A DNA stretch of 64,000 bases from an uncultured Candidatus Saccharimonadales bacterium (GTDB lineage Bacteria > Patescibacteriota > Saccharimonadia > UBA4664). The DNA lies in NCBI GenBank assembly GCA_964467655.1, contig CAYXSN010000004.1, positions 19,906 to 83,905 on the forward strand. The letters run 5' to 3'. Positions within the stretch are counted from its first letter, which is position 1. Every line of letters begins with the position of its first letter. The position numbers were made by a program, and so were the translations under genes. Positions 19,084 through 28,800 of the stretch are shown piece after piece. The notes beneath the pieces were generated by a model. It was given only the letters and a program-made list of their open reading frames with translations. It had not been told where the DNA came from and made no database searches.

Positions 19084-19653
19084 ATGGAGCGACCAGTGGC
19101 AATTCACACAGCGCCAGTAACCGCACCGGATATCGGCCAGATTCTCGATGCTCTATCGAGTCGGTTGTCACTCACGCCGCCTCCCAGATATGCCCGGCAA
19201 CTGCGACCCGCGTTTGCGGCTCTCACCGAGCTCATGACACGACTGCGCGGCGTCGGGCGCACCACCCCAATGAAGCGGGTCCGACTCAGCGATGTGGTCC
19301 GGCAGGACCGCTTGCCGGCTGATGTGCCACCATTATTTGGTCTGCACGCACCAGACTGGTATGCCGTCAATATCGGGCCCGTCATGCTGTCGCAACATCT
19401 TGTGGTCACTGCAGTTGAGCAATTGACAATCGCCCGAACCCCTTACGATCGTGTAGGTGTGGCCGTTGACCCAAGCGGTCAGCACCTGAGCGCATACCAT
19501 CACTTCACACGTGACGGCAGCTCGTCCGCCAACTGTGAGCTTGTGCCGGGCTTCGGTTTTGTCGATTCCGGAGACGACACACCGGACATGCACATAATCA
19601 TCAAGGCTGTTACCGAAGTCTGGCGCGGCCTGAACACCATCCCTCCATCCTGA
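19084..19653 (+). CDS. hypothetical protein (operon gene 1 of 3)
   Basis: 189 aa. RBS aaacggagt. A similar leader sequence precedes gene 2. Confidence 0.55.
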   Translation: MERPVAIHTAPVTAPDIGQILDALSSRLSLTPPPRYARQLRPAFAALTELMTRLRGVGRTTPMKRVRLSDVVRQDRLPADVPPLFGLHAPDWYAVNIGPVMLSQHLVVTAVEQLTIARTPYDRVGVAVDPSGQHLSAYHHFTRDGSSSANCELVPGFGFVDSGDDTPDMHIIIKAVTEVWRGLNTIPPS

Positions 19654-19666
19654 AACGGAGTACGTC

Positions 19667-20143
19667 ATGACCATCACTGAGTGCCCGGCAGACCTCGCAC
19701 GCCTCATCCGCGATGATCCTGCCGTGGTCGGCAGCCTGGGCACACACCTGGTGCCAGCGGCGATGGCCGCAGCCTTGAGCCCGGTCAACCCGGCGGATCC
19801 TCGGGGCCAGGTTTGGCAATTGTCAGTGCCGCTGAGGCCCCAGGGAGCCAGACTGTCGACCGTTTTTGCGGCTGATGGTTGGGTGGGCGCCCAGGTTGTC
19901 GCGGTGGCCGCAGACCGTGGTATGCCTGAGGTGTGCCTGACTGGGTTTCAGCCTCTGAGCGGCGGCCAATGCATTGTGTTCCACAGTGTCAACGGCGTCT
20001 GGACGCAGTTGCTCCCCGCAGCACCGGCGGGCTCCCGCGCACTGTCGTTATGGCCGTTCTACGCAGCTGAGATAGCGGCCTTGGAGCCGTTGGTCGCGGA
20101 GCTGGCGGCTCAGCTAGCACAACCGGCGACGGATCGGCAATGA
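19667..20143 (+). CDS. hypothetical protein (operon gene 2 of 3)
   Basis: 158 aa. Preceded by cctccatcctgaaacggagtacgtc. Confidence 0.55.
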   Translation: MTITECPADLARLIRDDPAVVGSLGTHLVPAAMAAALSPVNPADPRGQVWQLSVPLRPQGARLSTVFAADGWVGAQVVAVAADRGMPEVCLTGFQPLSGGQCIVFHSVNGVWTQLLPAAPAGSRALSLWPFYAAEIAALEPLVAELAAQLAQPATDRQ

Positions 20144-20655
20144 AGCCCGAGGATGCGGCGGCGGCTCGTGAGATCCTGGAAAAACTCCTGGCAAACACTG
20201 GCGACTGGTCTGGTATTGCCGGTACTCACATGCATAGTTTGGCCGCGGTTCCGGCTTGGCTAGAGACTGTCGCCCAGCGACTGCTCACCGACACCAGCCT
20301 GGCGCCAACTGCCATCCAGATGAAGGAAACACATCATCTGGTGCCACTGTGTATCGGCCGCGAGGCTGGTCTGCCAGAAGAAACGGACTCCCTGGTCCTC
20401 CTGCAGCGTGGGCGCTGGCGCTACTGGTTTACCGATTGCCTGATGGCAGTCGAATTACCGGTACTGGATCCAGATTTGGGTGATCCGCAGCGGATGACCA
20501 TCATCTGGAGCACGCGACTGCACTGCCTACTGGTGGTCGCCTGGAATGAGAACCGGGCCCATGTGCGCCTCTCCAGCCATGTGCCACCGGCAGGTATGCA
20601 CCGTGTGGAGCCCAGTATTGCCAGAATGCTCGCACGACTGAGTGACTGTGAATGA
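20140..20655 (+). CDS. hypothetical protein (operon gene 3 of 3)
   Basis: 171 aa. ATGA overlap with gene 2. Confidence 0.55.
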   Translation: MKPEDAAAAREILEKLLANTGDWSGIAGTHMHSLAAVPAWLETVAQRLLTDTSLAPTAIQMKETHHLVPLCIGREAGLPEETDSLVLLQRGRWRYWFTDCLMAVELPVLDPDLGDPQRMTIIWSTRLHCLLVVAWNENRAHVRLSSHVPPAGMHRVEPSIARMLARLSDCE

Positions 20656-20704
20656 ACACGGCCCGGACTGTCCATCGTTATCAGGTGGATGGTCCGGGCC
20701 TGAA

Positions 20705-21829
20705 CTATCTCAGATGTTGGCAGAAATCCTGGTACGCCCTGTCGAATGTTAGCTGGCGAGCGAATTCCCAGGCTGCCCGCTGGGTAGCAACATAGGTGTC
20801 GGCATCACTGAGCGCGGTCACTATGGTTTTGGCCAGGCCGGCCGGAGTATTGGCGGCCGTCACATAGCCCGCTCGGCCTCGGTCAACCGCATCATGTAAG
20901 CCGTCAACGTCGTACACCACAGCCGGTGTGCCCTGGCTGGCGGCTTCTGACACAATGAGGCCCCAACCTTCTTTGACTGACGTGACGGTGATGAGATGAC
21001 AACGTTGCATGAGCTCGATCTTGCGCTGATCAGTTGTACGGCCCAACAGCTGGATATGCCGACGATACGGCGAGGCCGTCACTGCTGATTGCACGCGGCG
21101 ACCATACGCACCGCTGTAGTCGCCCGAGATGATGAGTCGCAGATCCGGTAGGTGGCGCTTGGCCATCTCAAACGCCTGGAGCTGATGCAGGGTACGTTTC
21201 ATGCTCCGGACCGCTCCATGCGACAAGATGGTTGGATGCGGGTATTTTGTGATGACGCTGAGCCGGGCAATAGGTTTGATTTGGATACCTTCACTGATGA
21301 GCTTGATGGCCGAGGGTCGAAAGCCGTGGCGCATGAGATCCTGCCGTGTTGATTCTGAGACGGTGATAACGTCGCCAGACCCGCTCAACAGGCGCAGATA
21401 GAGAGGCTCAACTAGGTAGCCAACCACCGATATGGGCAACGGCATTTCGTAGAACCAGATCTGGCGCGCCAATTGATGGAACAATTGGATCGTGCGGACC
21501 CCGGCATAGAAGCGTGCAAAGTACGGTACCGTGTTGCATTCGTCGATCACCAGCTGAGGCGCCAGCTGCCGGCGATGGCGGTGGTAGTACCAGGCGGTGG
21601 TCAGATACGTACTCAGCCGATTGCCGGTGCGCACGATGTGGTACCCGGCTGGATCGGTGCCGTGCCGGGGCGCCGGCTGGCCGGTAGCGGGATCAGTGTA
21701 ACCGCCTGTGAGCAGGGTGACGGTGTGGCCAGCGGCTACCAGGCGGGTCATCAACTCATGGGCGACCACCTCGGCACCACCAGCCGTGGGGTGGCCACGG
21801 TCTTTCCACGCCAACCAAACAATGTTCAT
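20705..21829 (-). CDS. glycosyltransferase family 4 (GT4)
   Basis: 374 aa. GT4 C-terminal motif EGWGLIVSEAASQGTPAVVYDVDGL. Confidence 0.75.
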   Translation of the reverse strand: MNIVWLAWKDRGHPTAGGAEVVAHELMTRLVAAGHTVTLLTGGYTDPATGQPAPRHGTDPAGYHIVRTGNRLSTYLTTAWYYHRHRRQLAPQLVIDECNTVPYFARFYAGVRTIQLFHQLARQIWFYEMPLPISVVGYLVEPLYLRLLSGSGDVITVSESTRQDLMRHGFRPSAIKLISEGIQIKPIARLSVITKYPHPTILSHGAVRSMKRTLHQLQAFEMAKRHLPDLRLIISGDYSGAYGRRVQSAVTASPYRRHIQLLGRTTDQRKIELMQRCHLITVTSVKEGWGLIVSEAASQGTPAVVYDVDGLHDAVDRGRAGYVTAANTPAGLAKTIVTALSDADTYVATQRAAWEFARQLTFDRAYQDFCQHLR

Positions 21830-22821
21830 GCCGACGGCTCCCGGTGACGAGCGTCATGCCGGCGGGGGCGGCGCAGCACATACAGCGGCCTGTTGGTCAC
21901 TTCGGCATGAATCGCCCCAATGTAGAGCGACATCAGGCCGAGGCTCGCCAACACCATACCTACCATGAATACCAGCAGGACCGCTAATTGCGCCGTACCT
22001 GTGAAATTCATGTTCCACGGATCATCAAGTAGATATTTTTCAACATACATAAATAGGCCCAATGGCAGTGAAATACTCGTAATAATCACTCCCAGGTAGC
22101 CGGCCAGCTTGAGTGGGAATAAGCTCAGCGAGATCACACTGTGCATCGCCAGCGTAAAGAGCTTGCTCCAACCATAACTGGCCCGGCCGGCGTGGCGCTG
22201 TCCAGGCATGAAGGTAATCTCGGCCCGGCGGAAACCGAGCCAATCGATCAGGCCCCGAGTCATGCGGTTGCGCTCGGTAAACCGATTAAACTCATCGATC
22301 ACTAGGCGGTCGAGCAGCCGAAAATCGGTGGCGCCCGGTGTGACCGCCTGCTCGGCGATCAGGTTGATGAAACGATAAAACAGATGTGAGGTGGTGCGCT
22401 TGAGCCAACCGGCATGACGCCTCGACCGGGCACGAACTCCCACCACCACTTCCGCGCCCTCCTCCCAAGCCGCCAGGAATCGGGCGATGAGCTGCGGGGG
22501 GTGTTGCAGATCAGCGTCGATCATGATGGCAGCCTCACCCCGGGCCCGATGCAAGCCGGCAGTAATGGCCACTTCTTTGCCGAAGTTGCGCGCTAGTTCA
22601 ACTACCTGGATCCGCTGATCATGCCGGGCTAGACGGCGCGCGATGGTCACTGTTTCGTCACTGGAGCCATCGTCGACCATGAGGATTTCAAATTGATACG
22701 GCAGGGTGGCGAGAGCGGCTGTGAGCACCTGGTGAAGTTCAGGTAAACCAGCCTCCTCATTGTGGCAGGGCACGATGAGAGTGATAAGCGGTCGGCTGGG
22801 GACTGATGCTGGCTGACTCAT
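21826..22821 (-). CDS. GT2 polyprenol-phosphate sugar transferase (Ppm1/ArnC/GtrB-like), with C-terminal TM helices
   Basis: Start chosen at ATG 22821 (MSQPASV), giving an ATGA overlap with the upstream gene. Motifs LITLIVPCHNEE, MVDDGSSDET and 2-3 C-terminal TM segments. Confidence 0.75.
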   Translation of the reverse strand: MSQPASVPSRPLITLIVPCHNEEAGLPELHQVLTAALATLPYQFEILMVDDGSSDETVTIARRLARHDQRIQVVELARNFGKEVAITAGLHRARGEAAIMIDADLQHPPQLIARFLAAWEEGAEVVVGVRARSRRHAGWLKRTTSHLFYRFINLIAEQAVTPGATDFRLLDRLVIDEFNRFTERNRMTRGLIDWLGFRRAEITFMPGQRHAGRASYGWSKLFTLAMHSVISLSLFPLKLAGYLGVIITSISLPLGLFMYVEKYLLDDPWNMNFTGTAQLAVLLVFMVGMVLASLGLMSLYIGAIHAEVTNRPLYVLRRPRRHDARHREPSA

Positions 22822-24086
22822 AATGTGCGCTTTCCCCGCCAGCCCGTCGCCAGCGTCGTCGCCAATAAGATAGTACTTCCGGCCAGCAAACCGGTGACGA
22901 TGTCGGCTATCTGCTGATGCCACATCAGGAGCCAGGCCATCATAGCTCCAAGCCCCACGATAGCTGCGGGTGCTGCCCAAACCCGCCGCAGGGCGACCTG
23001 GTACAAAAGCAACAGATTTGCCAATGAGAGAATAAAAATGGCTAGGCTCAGGGTGGGCAGCAAATGAGCGACTTCGGCATAGCGCGGCCCGACCAACAGA
23101 CTCGTGACCCAACCGGGCTGCCACACGAATAATCCCAAGGCGCTACCACCCAACAGCACCAATAGCGCAACTGACCGCCGCAGCAACGCCCGGTTGGCGG
23201 CAGCCGGCCCCTGTGGTACAACCGATGCCACCAGTACGCCCGTGAGTGGTCCCGTCAAAAAGAACATGATGCGTGCAACTGTCGCGATGCCGGCATACAG
23301 GCCAGCTTCGGCGGGCGCAAAATAGTGTTTGGCAAACAGGATGTCGAGCGACAAGATGGTATTGACCGCCAACGACGTGAGCAGCACCAATCCGGCGTAC
23401 CTGAGTTCTGGGCGGATTAGGCCGACGTCTGGGCGGCGGAGCACCAGGTAGTGACGGAAACTATTGGGACGACCCAACCGCCGGGCTACCATGGTACTGT
23501 AGCCAAGACTCAATACCTGAGAAGCCACCACTCCCATGACAGCGCCAATGGCCCGGAGCCCGGCCAGCACGAGGCCGGCCGACAGTAGTAGTTTGGAACC
23601 CGCGCCCAGAATGTTGGCGGTTGAGAGCTGGACAAAGCGCTGATGGGCCTGGATATAGGCTCCTGCAAACGCGCCGGGTACACCCAGTAGCACCGACAGC
23701 GCCAGCAAGAGAAATGGCCAGGGTGACGTAAAGTTGAGGAAGCCTTGCAACCATGTGCTGGCGAGTGCCATGGCGACACAGAGCGCTAGTCCGATCCACA
23801 AGGCGATCCTTTCGAGCTCAGCTAGCAAGGGAGCCTGGTCAATGGGCCGAGGATATCGCTTGACGACGTTAATGGTCACAAGACTCAAGACCGATAATAA
23901 GACGCCGGTCTGGAGAAAAAACGAGATAATGGCCTGAACCTCTCCAAAATCGGCTGGCGAGAGCAACCGGCCCAGCACCGGATAATACAAATAGTTCAAG
24001 AACGATACGACAGTCGATCCTATGAAGAAGATGGCGTTTTGGCGCAGAAACGGACTATGGGCAATGGACCGCACGAGTGGTATCAC
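22818..24086 (-). CDS. polysaccharide biosynthesis / oligosaccharide flippase (Wzx-like MOP family) membrane protein
   Basis: 422 aa, polytopic. N-terminus is typical of Wzx-type 'polysaccharide biosynthesis protein'. Confidence 0.65.
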   Translation of the reverse strand: MIPLVRSIAHSPFLRQNAIFFIGSTVVSFLNYLYYPVLGRLLSPADFGEVQAIISFFLQTGVLLSVLSLVTINVVKRYPRPIDQAPLLAELERIALWIGLALCVAMALASTWLQGFLNFTSPWPFLLLALSVLLGVPGAFAGAYIQAHQRFVQLSTANILGAGSKLLLSAGLVLAGLRAIGAVMGVVASQVLSLGYSTMVARRLGRPNSFRHYLVLRRPDVGLIRPELRYAGLVLLTSLAVNTILSLDILFAKHYFAPAEAGLYAGIATVARIMFFLTGPLTGVLVASVVPQGPAAANRALLRRSVALLVLLGGSALGLFVWQPGWVTSLLVGPRYAEVAHLLPTLSLAIFILSLANLLLLYQVALRRVWAAPAAIVGLGAMMAWLLMWHQQIADIVTGLLAGSTILLATTLATGWRGKRTL

Positions 24087-24198
24087 GCGTCTGATTATAT
24101 CAGATATCGCTTGTGGTTATGAATGCCCTCATAGTGGTTGTTATTTTTGTCAGACAATGGTATAGTTTCGCCCAAGCCGCCGGGTTTGTCCGGCCGGT

Positions 24199-25431
24199 TT
24201 GTTCTTTGGCATGGTTTCCTGTGTGATTATCAATCCTCTGGAGGCGGTCGTGCACCAAGCCGGTACCCACCGCCCTCTGTGGGCGATTCGCATCATGCTC
24301 GTGTTCGCTGATCTGCGACTGACAGGCTTCATCGAAGTTACCTATTTGCTGAAGCTTGGCTTCAAACCGAGCCAGATTGGCCTGATTGCGGCTTTACCTT
24401 TCGCTGCGCACTTGCTGGCTAATATTCCGGCAGGCTGGTGGAGCGACCGTTTCCAGCGGCATCGGCGCATCGTTATTACGACTGGGCTCGCTTGCATGAC
24501 GATGGCCCTGGCCGGCTTCGGCTGGCTGCCTGGTGCGGTATTTTGGCCGGCGGCCATTCTGACAGTCCTTCGCGGCGTCGGCTACGCCCTCTACTACAGC
24601 ACAAATGACGCGTTTACCCTGCTGCATTACGGTGCGCGACAGGACTCGGCGGCAGAGGCTCAACGTGAGCGTTCACGCTCGTGGGGGTATACCATGACGA
24701 TCCAGTGCGTAGGCGTGATGGGTATCCTCTTGGTGCTCGCATTGGCGCCCCAGACGGCCTTGCGCATGTTCTATTTCGTCCAGGCGGCCGCCCTGATGAT
24801 TGCCACATTGGCATCGCTGCGATTGCCCAGACCCGTCATGTTGGCACGACGCCGCGACCAGAGTGTGCGGCTCATGCTGCGCAGTCTAGGTGATGGCTGG
24901 TGGTATATTGGGCACTCGATAGCGACCATGGCCTTTACCAATAGCATGGCTACTATTACCCAATTGCATTTGTCGTTGCTGGGCCGGACACCACATGATC
25001 TGCTGCTCTTTTCGGTCGGGTTCTACTCCGTGGCAGCCTTGTGCGCTTTCTTTGTGCACCCGCTTGAGCGCACACTTGGCGCGGCTGGTGCCGTCATGCT
25101 GGCGGCATGGCTGTGCGCGATAACCGTCGCTTGGTTCGGATTGGCTAGTCCGTCGGTCATCCAATACGGTACTTTCCTTTTTGGCCTGCTGTTTGGAGTG
25201 CGCAACGGGATCGATAAAACCCGGATGATGCAGTTGAGTCAATGGCCGGCGCTGTTGATGTCAATTCAAGTAGCTGCCTCAATGGGCCTGACCAGCGTGC
25301 TGATCGCCGTGAGCGGCCGGATTACAGAAGCCTTTGGCATTCAATGGGTCTTGCTACTCGTGACGCTTGTGCTTGTTCTGCCAGCCGTTTTATGCGGCTG
25401 GCACGCCCGGCATACTTCGAGAGGATGGTAA
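24199..25431 (+). CDS. MFS transporter
   Basis: About 12 TM helices. MFS loop motif GWWSDRFQRHRR. The start is uncertain (ATG 24199 or GTG 24250 after a ggagg RBS). Confidence 0.7.
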   Translation: MFFGMVSCVIINPLEAVVHQAGTHRPLWAIRIMLVFADLRLTGFIEVTYLLKLGFKPSQIGLIAALPFAAHLLANIPAGWWSDRFQRHRRIVITTGLACMTMALAGFGWLPGAVFWPAAILTVLRGVGYALYYSTNDAFTLLHYGARQDSAAEAQRERSRSWGYTMTIQCVGVMGILLVLALAPQTALRMFYFVQAAALMIATLASLRLPRPVMLARRRDQSVRLMLRSLGDGWWYIGHSIATMAFTNSMATITQLHLSLLGRTPHDLLLFSVGFYSVAALCAFFVHPLERTLGAAGAVMLAAWLCAITVAWFGLASPSVIQYGTFLFGLLFGVRNGIDKTRMMQLSQWPALLMSIQVAASMGLTSVLIAVSGRITEAFGIQWVLLLVTLVLVLPAVLCGWHARHTSRGW

Positions 25432-25922
25432 CGATGATGTTTCTTCCAACGATCGTTCAAAACCCGCTACACGCAGGCGCCCAGCTAGATGTCACCACAC
25501 TGAACCAGCGCGAGTGGGATCTGGTGGCGGCCCTGACCGGCGCTGCCCAAACGACCCAGCGCCACCCACTACTGGTAGCGCCCTACCTTCGGGTAGAGAT
25601 GTATCAGGCGGCACTCAGGTCTTTGTCACTTGACGACGAGGGCACAATGGAAGTGCTTGGTGAACTGGCCGACCTGATCAGGCTCATGAAGCAGTTGCCT
25701 CAAGCCGATGACGCCCGGGCGTTGACCCATTGGTTGGTGGCCCAAGAACTGTGGCCGGTTACTACTGAGCTGCGGCCAGTGGATTATCCGCTCGTCTTGG
25801 CCATGGCAGCCTATTGGGCGGCCGACCAGTTGAGGATCTCGGTCACTTTGGCGCAGGCGCTGACTACTTGTTCACCGGCAGCACGGCCTGGCAACCATCT
25901 ACTGACCGCAATCGCTGTTTGA
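25425..25922 (+). CDS. hypothetical protein
   Basis: ATG 25425 with a gagagga RBS. It overlaps the MFS stop by 7 nt. 165 aa. Confidence 0.5.
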   Translation: MVTMMFLPTIVQNPLHAGAQLDVTTLNQREWDLVAALTGAAQTTQRHPLLVAPYLRVEMYQAALRSLSLDDEGTMEVLGELADLIRLMKQLPQADDARALTHWLVAQELWPVTTELRPVDYPLVLAMAAYWAADQLRISVTLAQALTTCSPAARPGNHLLTAIAV

Positions 25923-25949
25923 GATTCGCGAAACGAAGGGAACGTTATC

Positions 25950-26309
25950 ATGACAACGACGTCTGGTGGTTTGATGGCAACTGATACGGAACAGTATTTT
26001 CGAGATGGAGAACGGCACCTCGCCGGTTCCAGCAACTTGCTGGGCTTTGGCCACTTCTGCCTAACGGCGCTCATACGGGTCGAGTTTTATGCTCAGCATG
26101 TCGTCCATTCTGAGCTGACAGCCTGCCTGGAGGCCCTGCAGCAGCTTGCTGCAGGCGATCATGCAACAGCAGTAAAGAAACTCGTGAATACTCAGTCGTC
26201 ATTCATCACGATGACTGAGGCTGCCGCCCGGATTGACGCTGGCGAAATCAGTATGGCTGAAGCTATGATCGCGTTTCACGCCGCCCGCATCTTTGCCGGT
26301 GTCGTCTGA
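25950..26309 (+). CDS. hypothetical protein
   Basis: 119 aa. RBS gaagggaacg. Followed by hairpin ccccgtgga...tccacgggg (26330..26370). Confidence 0.5.
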   Translation: MTTTSGGLMATDTEQYFRDGERHLAGSSNLLGFGHFCLTALIRVEFYAQHVVHSELTACLEALQQLAAGDHATAVKKLVNTQSSFITMTEAAARIDAGEISMAEAMIAFHAARIFAGVV

Positions 26310-26505
26310 CACGCTCTGGCTTCCGTCGAAGCTCTCCGCCCCGTGGATTCTACCTCAAATGGGTAGCGTCCACGGGGCTTCTCTATTGCTCAAAGTGACG
26401 CAATATGGTATGTTAGGCGGGTCCGCCTGGTCCCATACTTTGTATGTGATCTCTCGGCTCGGAAGCATCAGAAAACAGGTTTTCGTCTGCTTCACTCACC
26501 TTCAA

Positions 26506-26580
26506 GGTCCCATCGTCTAGCGGTTAGGACAACGGATTTTCATTCCGTCAACCGGGGTTCGACTCCCCGTGGGACTACCA
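26506..26580 (+). tRNA. tRNA-Glu(TTC): tRNA-Glu (anticodon TTC)
   Basis: 75-nt cloverleaf read directly. Acceptor stem GGTCCCA/TGGGACT, anticodon loop TTTTCAT with TTC, T-arm GGGGTTCGACTCCCC, 3' CCA encoded. It begins with GTCCCATCGTCTAGCGGTTAGGAC, typical of tRNA-Glu. Confidence 0.9.
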
Positions 26581-26640
26581 TTGCACTTATGCTTGAGATT
26601 AAGCTCGCATATCTTATAATTAAGTTATCTGAGCTTTGGT

Positions 26641-26678
26641 AGGCGCACAAAAAGACCCCGAAAGGGGGCCTTTTTGTT
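26641..26678. terminator. bidirectional intrinsic terminator aaaaagaccccgaaagggggcctttttgtt
   Basis: A GC hairpin flanked by an A-run and a T-run, downstream of the tRNA. An identical copy is at 29771..29812. Confidence 0.8.
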
Positions 26679-26818
26679 ATTTATCCATCAGCCGCCTACC
26701 CACCTGATGGCCAGAAGCCGGAACTCCGAGCTTGACATATTGGTAGGCGTCTTACCCATCAACACTCCGGCTCCACCCTTAATTATATCTTATTTACCGT
26801 ACAAATACCAAACAAATA

Positions 26819-27157
26819 CTACTCTTTTTGTCTGCGTTCCTCAAACCATTGTTGCGGCCGGTTGAATTGCCAGGGGTCGCGGACGTTACACTTTTGAACT
26901 TCTAACTTTTCCCAAACTTTTCCGACGAGGTAGGGCTCTTTATCTAGCCACGTATGCAGCTCTTTCTCCGACGGGAAGTCCATGAGCAGCATCGACCCGA
27001 TCATTTGATTATTGGTATCCCATAAGGCGGCGCCGTACCACATATTGCCAGATTGACGAAGCTCCTCGCCCATTTCGATGTGAGCAGGCCGGGCGGCTAG
27101 GCGACGAGCCGGAGCTTCGAGATCGGTACCGTCGCGACCGATGATGAGATATTGCAT
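26819..27157 (-). CDS. YciI-like (Dabb-type) small protein
   Basis: 112 aa. MQYLIIGRDGTD...PYLVGKVWEKLEV matches the YciI-like family pattern. Confidence 0.55.
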   Translation of the reverse strand: MQYLIIGRDGTDLEAPARRLAARPAHIEMGEELRQSGNMWYGAALWDTNNQMIGSMLLMDFPSEKELHTWLDKEPYLVGKVWEKLEVQKCNVRDPWQFNRPQQWFEERRQKE

Positions 27158-27180
27158 GCGATTTATCCGATTAGTGGCTC

Positions 27181-27244
27181 GATTATAACTTGAGGCGCCA
27201 CCATCTGACGACCTCAGCGGCCACTTCGTTCCAAATCGAAGGCA
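27181..27244 (-). promoter_or_regulatory. sigma70-like promoter module P1 (minus strand: TCGTCA-N18-TATAAT), 5' of the YciI-like gene
   Basis: The plus strand shows attata at 27182..27187 and tgacga at 27205..27210. A 65-nt near-duplicate lies at 29636..29702. Confidence 0.6.
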
Positions 27245-27358
27245 GTAAGCCTACAAGGAATTATTTGACTTTATCAAGCCCCAATCATATACGCCCCAAA
27301 TCTGTTTTCGAACGAGTAACCCGCCGCAGCATATTGGCAACGGCGGGTTTGGTTTTGG

Positions 27359-28699
27359 CTAGCGGATTTGCTGACTGAGCAGCTCGGGCCATTCCCGGGG
27401 AATGAATGGTTTGTTCGACCCGGAGCTGGCGATTTCTCGCACCGCTTGGTCAAGCTTGACCGATCCACCCAGAGCTTCTTGCTCGCCAATAACAATGGCG
27501 TACGGCACGAGGTCTTCGCGGGCTTGCCTTACCTTTTTACCAACACTGTCGTTACGGTCGTCAATCTCGAGACGCACTGGCTGGCCGGCCAATTTGGCGC
27601 CGAGCTGCCGACACAGATCAACGTACTTGTCACTAACTGGAACGAGCCTGATATGGACGGGATATAGCCAAAGCGGTAGACCATCTGGGAATCGATCGAG
27701 CGCTGCGTACAGGTAACGTTCGATACCACCCGGAATGGCCGAGTGGATGATCACGGGATGACGACTATCGCCCTGCTCATCCACGTACTGGATACCCAAA
27801 CGTGGCGCGTTGCCAACATCAATCTGGATACACGCAATTTCACGCGACTGGCCAAGGGCGTCCATAATCTTGTAATCGACATTGATGATCCAGTAGCGAT
27901 CGGCGCCGTCGTTGATGATACCAGCCAGCACGTCGCGGCCAAGGCTAGCGGCCACCTTTGCGATTTCATCCCGGTATTGTTCCCAGTATTCGGGTGACGA
28001 TACCTCGATACAAACTTCGTAGTCACGGTTCAGTTCTCGACCGCTGGCCAGGATTTGTTCCTGTAGTTTAGGAAACCACTTAAAAGCCTGGGCAACGTCG
28101 CGGAAATACGGGTGAATGTCTGGCATATAAAATCGGCGCTGGCGATACAGCAACATGCATTCGCCGCTTTGCTCAGCGCGGTAGCAGTCGGACAGTGAAA
28201 AGTGCGCAAACGGCAGGTTCTTATAGTTTAGACCATGCTGCTTCGCCAGATTGAACTGCGGGTAGCTCGCGTCGTAGCTCATAACCAGCTGGTTGTTGCC
28301 CGATTTGAACTGATACAGCCGGTCGCCATACAAATGGGCGTAGGCCGCCACGACTGGATGGTCAAGGTTGAATAGGTTTGAACCATTTACTTCATACATG
28401 GGCAAGCCAACAGCGCTCACCAGCTGTCGAGCATAATCTTGAACGAGCCGGCGCATGAGGTTGGCTTTATAGTCGTACTGGACAATACCAATGTCGGCGT
28501 TGGGTTCCCACCCAAAGCCAAGCTTCTTAGCAATCGCTAGATAGGCGGGTTTGCCCTCGGAACCGCGATTGACACCAGCCCGCTGGGCTTCGCGCAGGAC
28601 GAATAATCTAAAACTATCTGAACCTGCGCCTGATTCCAAATAGGCCTCGGCCGAGTTGACCCGGCCATCAGGTCTAATTACGTAATATTGATCTTTCAT
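27359..28699 (-). CDS. class II aminoacyl-tRNA synthetase paralog. It is ThrRS-like (catalytic core plus anticodon-binding domain) and lacks the N-terminal TGS/editing domains
   Basis: 446 aa. Motif-2-like FSLSDCYRAEQSGECMLLYRQRRFYMPDIH. Motif-3-like PVIIHSAIPGGIERYLYAAL (compare ThrRS PVMIHRAILGSMERFIGIL). C-terminal class-IIa anticodon-binding pattern PYAIVIGEQE. Confidence 0.6.
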   Translation of the reverse strand: MKDQYYVIRPDGRVNSAEAYLESGAGSDSFRLFVLREAQRAGVNRGSEGKPAYLAIAKKLGFGWEPNADIGIVQYDYKANLMRRLVQDYARQLVSAVGLPMYEVNGSNLFNLDHPVVAAYAHLYGDRLYQFKSGNNQLVMSYDASYPQFNLAKQHGLNYKNLPFAHFSLSDCYRAEQSGECMLLYRQRRFYMPDIHPYFRDVAQAFKWFPKLQEQILASGRELNRDYEVCIEVSSPEYWEQYRDEIAKVAASLGRDVLAGIINDGADRYWIINVDYKIMDALGQSREIACIQIDVGNAPRLGIQYVDEQGDSRHPVIIHSAIPGGIERYLYAALDRFPDGLPLWLYPVHIRLVPVSDKYVDLCRQLGAKLAGQPVRLEIDDRNDSVGKKVRQAREDLVPYAIVIGEQEALGGSVKLDQAVREIASSGSNKPFIPREWPELLSQQIR

Positions 28700-28769
28700 T
28701 GCAATACTCCATTTAGAATTGGTTGACTCTAGGTGCCGCTCTAAATGAAGTTTTGGGCCGAGATACCAA

Positions 28770-28800
28770 AAACTCCCGCTGCCGGGAGATTTTTAAGCAA
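28770..28800 (-). promoter_or_regulatory. intrinsic terminator hairpin (ctcccggcagcgggag plus T-run) inside the 5' leader of the ThrRS-like gene. Candidate attenuator
   Basis: A predicted promoter TTGACC-N17-TATAAT (plus-strand ggtcaa 28902..28907, attata 28879..28884) lies upstream of this hairpin. The hairpin is therefore about 75 nt 5' of the ATG inside a roughly 170-nt leader. Confidence 0.45.
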
